Shown here one piece after another: positions 61,735 to 64,000 of a stretch of DNA of 64,000 nt (positions within the stretch are counted from its first letter, which is position 1; the number at the start of each line of letters is the position of its first letter). Position numbers and translations under genes: made by a program. The stretch is from the human T2T-CHM13v2.0 reference genome, Homo sapiens, in NCBI RefSeq assembly GCF_009914755.1, contig NC_060925.1; one strand, 5' to 3'. The notes below the pieces were generated by a model. It worked only from the letters and a program-made list of their open reading frames with translations, was not told the DNA's origin and did not search any database.

Positions 61735-63100
61735 AAAGTTTTATTGCAAATGAACAAATTCATCATGAAATCTTTGCCCATGCCTATGTCCTGAATGGTA
61801 CTGCCTAGGACATCTTCCAGGGTTTTTATAGTTTGGGGTTTTACATTGTTGTATATATTTATATTGTTGTATATATTTATAGGGTACAAAGTGATGTAAT
61901 GATTTATGAACATAAGGAATAATTAAGCTAATTAACATATCCATCATCTCAAATACTTATCATTTTTATGATAAAGACATTTGAAATTTATTCTCTTGGT
62001 GATTTTGAAATGCACAGTACACTATTATTAAATATATTCACCATGCTGTGCAATGCATCTCAAAAAAAAAAACCAACAACAACACACAAATCTTACTCCT
62101 CCCATCTGAGGCTTTGCACCCTTTGACCATCATTCCATTTCCCCCACCCATAGCCTTTAGTAAACACCATTCTACTCTCTTCTTTTATGAATTCCACTGT
62201 TTGAGATACTACATGTAATTGAGAACATGTGATATTTGTCTTTCTGTGCCTTGCTGTGCCTAGCTTATTTTATTTAGCATGTCTTCCAGTTGCATCCATA
62301 TTGACACAAATGACAGAATGAATTTCTTTTTTAAAGCTGAATAGTATTTTATTGTGTACATATACTACATTTTATTTGTCCATTCATCTGTTGATAGACA
62401 CATAGTGTCCACAATTGTCCATAAGTGAATAGTGCTAAAAGGAACATGGAAGTGCAGACATCTCTGACATACTTATTTCAGATCTTTTGGGTAAATACCC
62501 AGAAGTGAGATTGTTGGATCATGTGGTAATTCTATTTTTAGTTTTTTGAGGAACCTCCATACAGTTTTCCAAAAGGGCAGTATGAAATTATATTCCAAAC
62601 AACAGTGTTCAACTGTCCTTCTTTCTCCAAATCCTTGCCACATGTACTTTCATCATTTTGATAATAACTATTCTGACAGGTGTGAGGTGATGACTCACTG
62701 TGATTTTAACTTGAATTTCCCTAGTGATTAGTGATATTGAGCATTTTTTTCATATATCTGTTGGCCATTTGTATGTCTCCTTTTGAGACATATCTACTTT
62801 TTATTGGATTGTTTGTTTTCTTTCTGTAAAGGTATTTGAGTTGCTTATAAATTATCCCCTTATCAGATGTATAGCTTGCAAAATATTTTCTCCAAATTCA
62901 TAGGTTGTCCCTTCAGTCTGTGAATTGTTTCCTTTGGTTTGCAGAAGATTTTTAGTTTGATGTAATCCTATTCATCTCATTTTGCTTTTGTTGCTTGTGT
63001 TTTCAGGGTCATATCCAAGAAATCATTTTTTAGGCCAACATCATGGAGCTTTGCCCCTGTCTTCTTCTAGAAGTTTTACAGTTTTCAGTCTTCATTTTTA
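61735..63100 (-). mobile_element. L1MA-type 3' end
   Basis: aagctaattaacatatccatcatctca...tgagaacatg..gtatttgtctttctgtgcc style 3'UTR followed by ORF2 C-terminal text. Confidence 0.75.
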
Positions 63101-63600
63101 AATTTTTAATTTATTTTTATTATGTATTTTTATTTCGATAGTTTTGGGGGTACAAGTGGTTATTGGTTACATGGATAAGTTCTTTAGTGGTGATTTCTGA
63201 AATTTTGGTGCACCTGTCAACTGAGCTGTATACACTGTACCCAATATGTAGTCTTTTATCTCACACCCCCCTCCCACCCTTCCCACCTGAGTCCCAAAGT
63301 TTATTATATTGTTCTTACGCCTTTGCATCCTTATAGCTTAGCTCCCACTTATAAGTGAGAACATATGATATTTGGTTTTCCATTCCTGGGTTACTTCACT
63401 TAGAATAATGGCCTCCAGTTCCATCCAAGTTTCTGCAAAAGACATTATTTTGCTGCTTTTTATGGTTGAGTATTATTCCATGGTGTGTGTATACCACATT
63501 TAATTTACCCACTCATTGGTTGATGGGCACTTAGATTGTTTCCATATTTCTGCAATTGTAAAATGTGCTGCTATAAACGTGTGTACATGTGTCTTTTTTT
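63100..63600 (-). mobile_element. L1PB-type 3' end
   Basis: ggttacatggataagttctttagtggtgatttctga..ttttggtgcacc. Confidence 0.8.
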
Positions 63601-64000
63601 ACTTTTAAGTTCAGGGGAACATGTGCAGAATGTGCAGGTTTGTTACATAGGTAAACATGTGTCAAAGGAGTTTGTTATATGGATTATTTCATCAGCCAGG
63701 TATTAATCCATTAGTTATTTTTCCTCTCTCCCTCATCCCACTCTCCACCCTCCAGTAGGCCCCAGTGTGTGTTGTTCCCCTCTATGTGTCCATGTGCTCT
63801 CATCATTTAGCTCCTGCTTATAAGTGAGAACATGTGGTATTTGGTTTTCTATTCCTGCATTAATTTGCTAAGGACAATGGCCTCCAGCTTCATCCATGTC
63901 CCTGCACAGAACATGATCTCATTCTTTTTATGGCTGCATAATATTCCATAGTGTATACATACCATATTTTCTTTATCTAGTCTATCATTGATGGGCATTT
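63601..64000 (-). mobile_element. L1PA (PA8-12 age) 3' end, continues past the window
   Basis: ttttaagttcagggg.acatgtgcagaatgtgcaggtttgttacataggtaaacatgtg. Confidence 0.8.

Overview
Human genomic DNA (a 5'-truncated AluYa5 is present). The window lies inside one large + strand gene that I recognise from the spliced translation as DNAH14 (axonemal dynein heavy chain 14, N-terminal region; identity from memory, not a search). Eight GT-AG coding exons (4090-4221, 20281-20531, 35337-35466, 39473-39752, 40385-40430, 40527-40624, 46843-47009, 48084-48428) splice with matching phases into one stop-free 1449-nt (483-codon) frame. The rest is intron, dominated by transposons: two near-full-length antisense primate L1s (L1PA7-like, L1PA4-like), one sense L1PA15/16-like element, many older L1 pieces, four solo LTRs with target-site duplications (MER11, PABL-like, MSTA, LTR19-like), about a dozen Alus and several DNA-transposon relics. 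Nearly all ORFs in the supplied track are broken L1/Alu frames. I see no prokaryote-type system and no new gene. The best leads are: (i) an open, extended ORF0 in the antisense L1PA4-like element whose GTGAGG donor is in phase with the next DNAH14 exon; (ii) a young AluYa5 inserted tail-to-tail ~35 nt from an inverted AluY; (iii) same-orientation L1s flanking an in-frame 7-exon block; (iv) several unusual insertion structures. Subfamily labels come from remembered diagnostic motifs and need RepeatMasker/Dfam confirmation.
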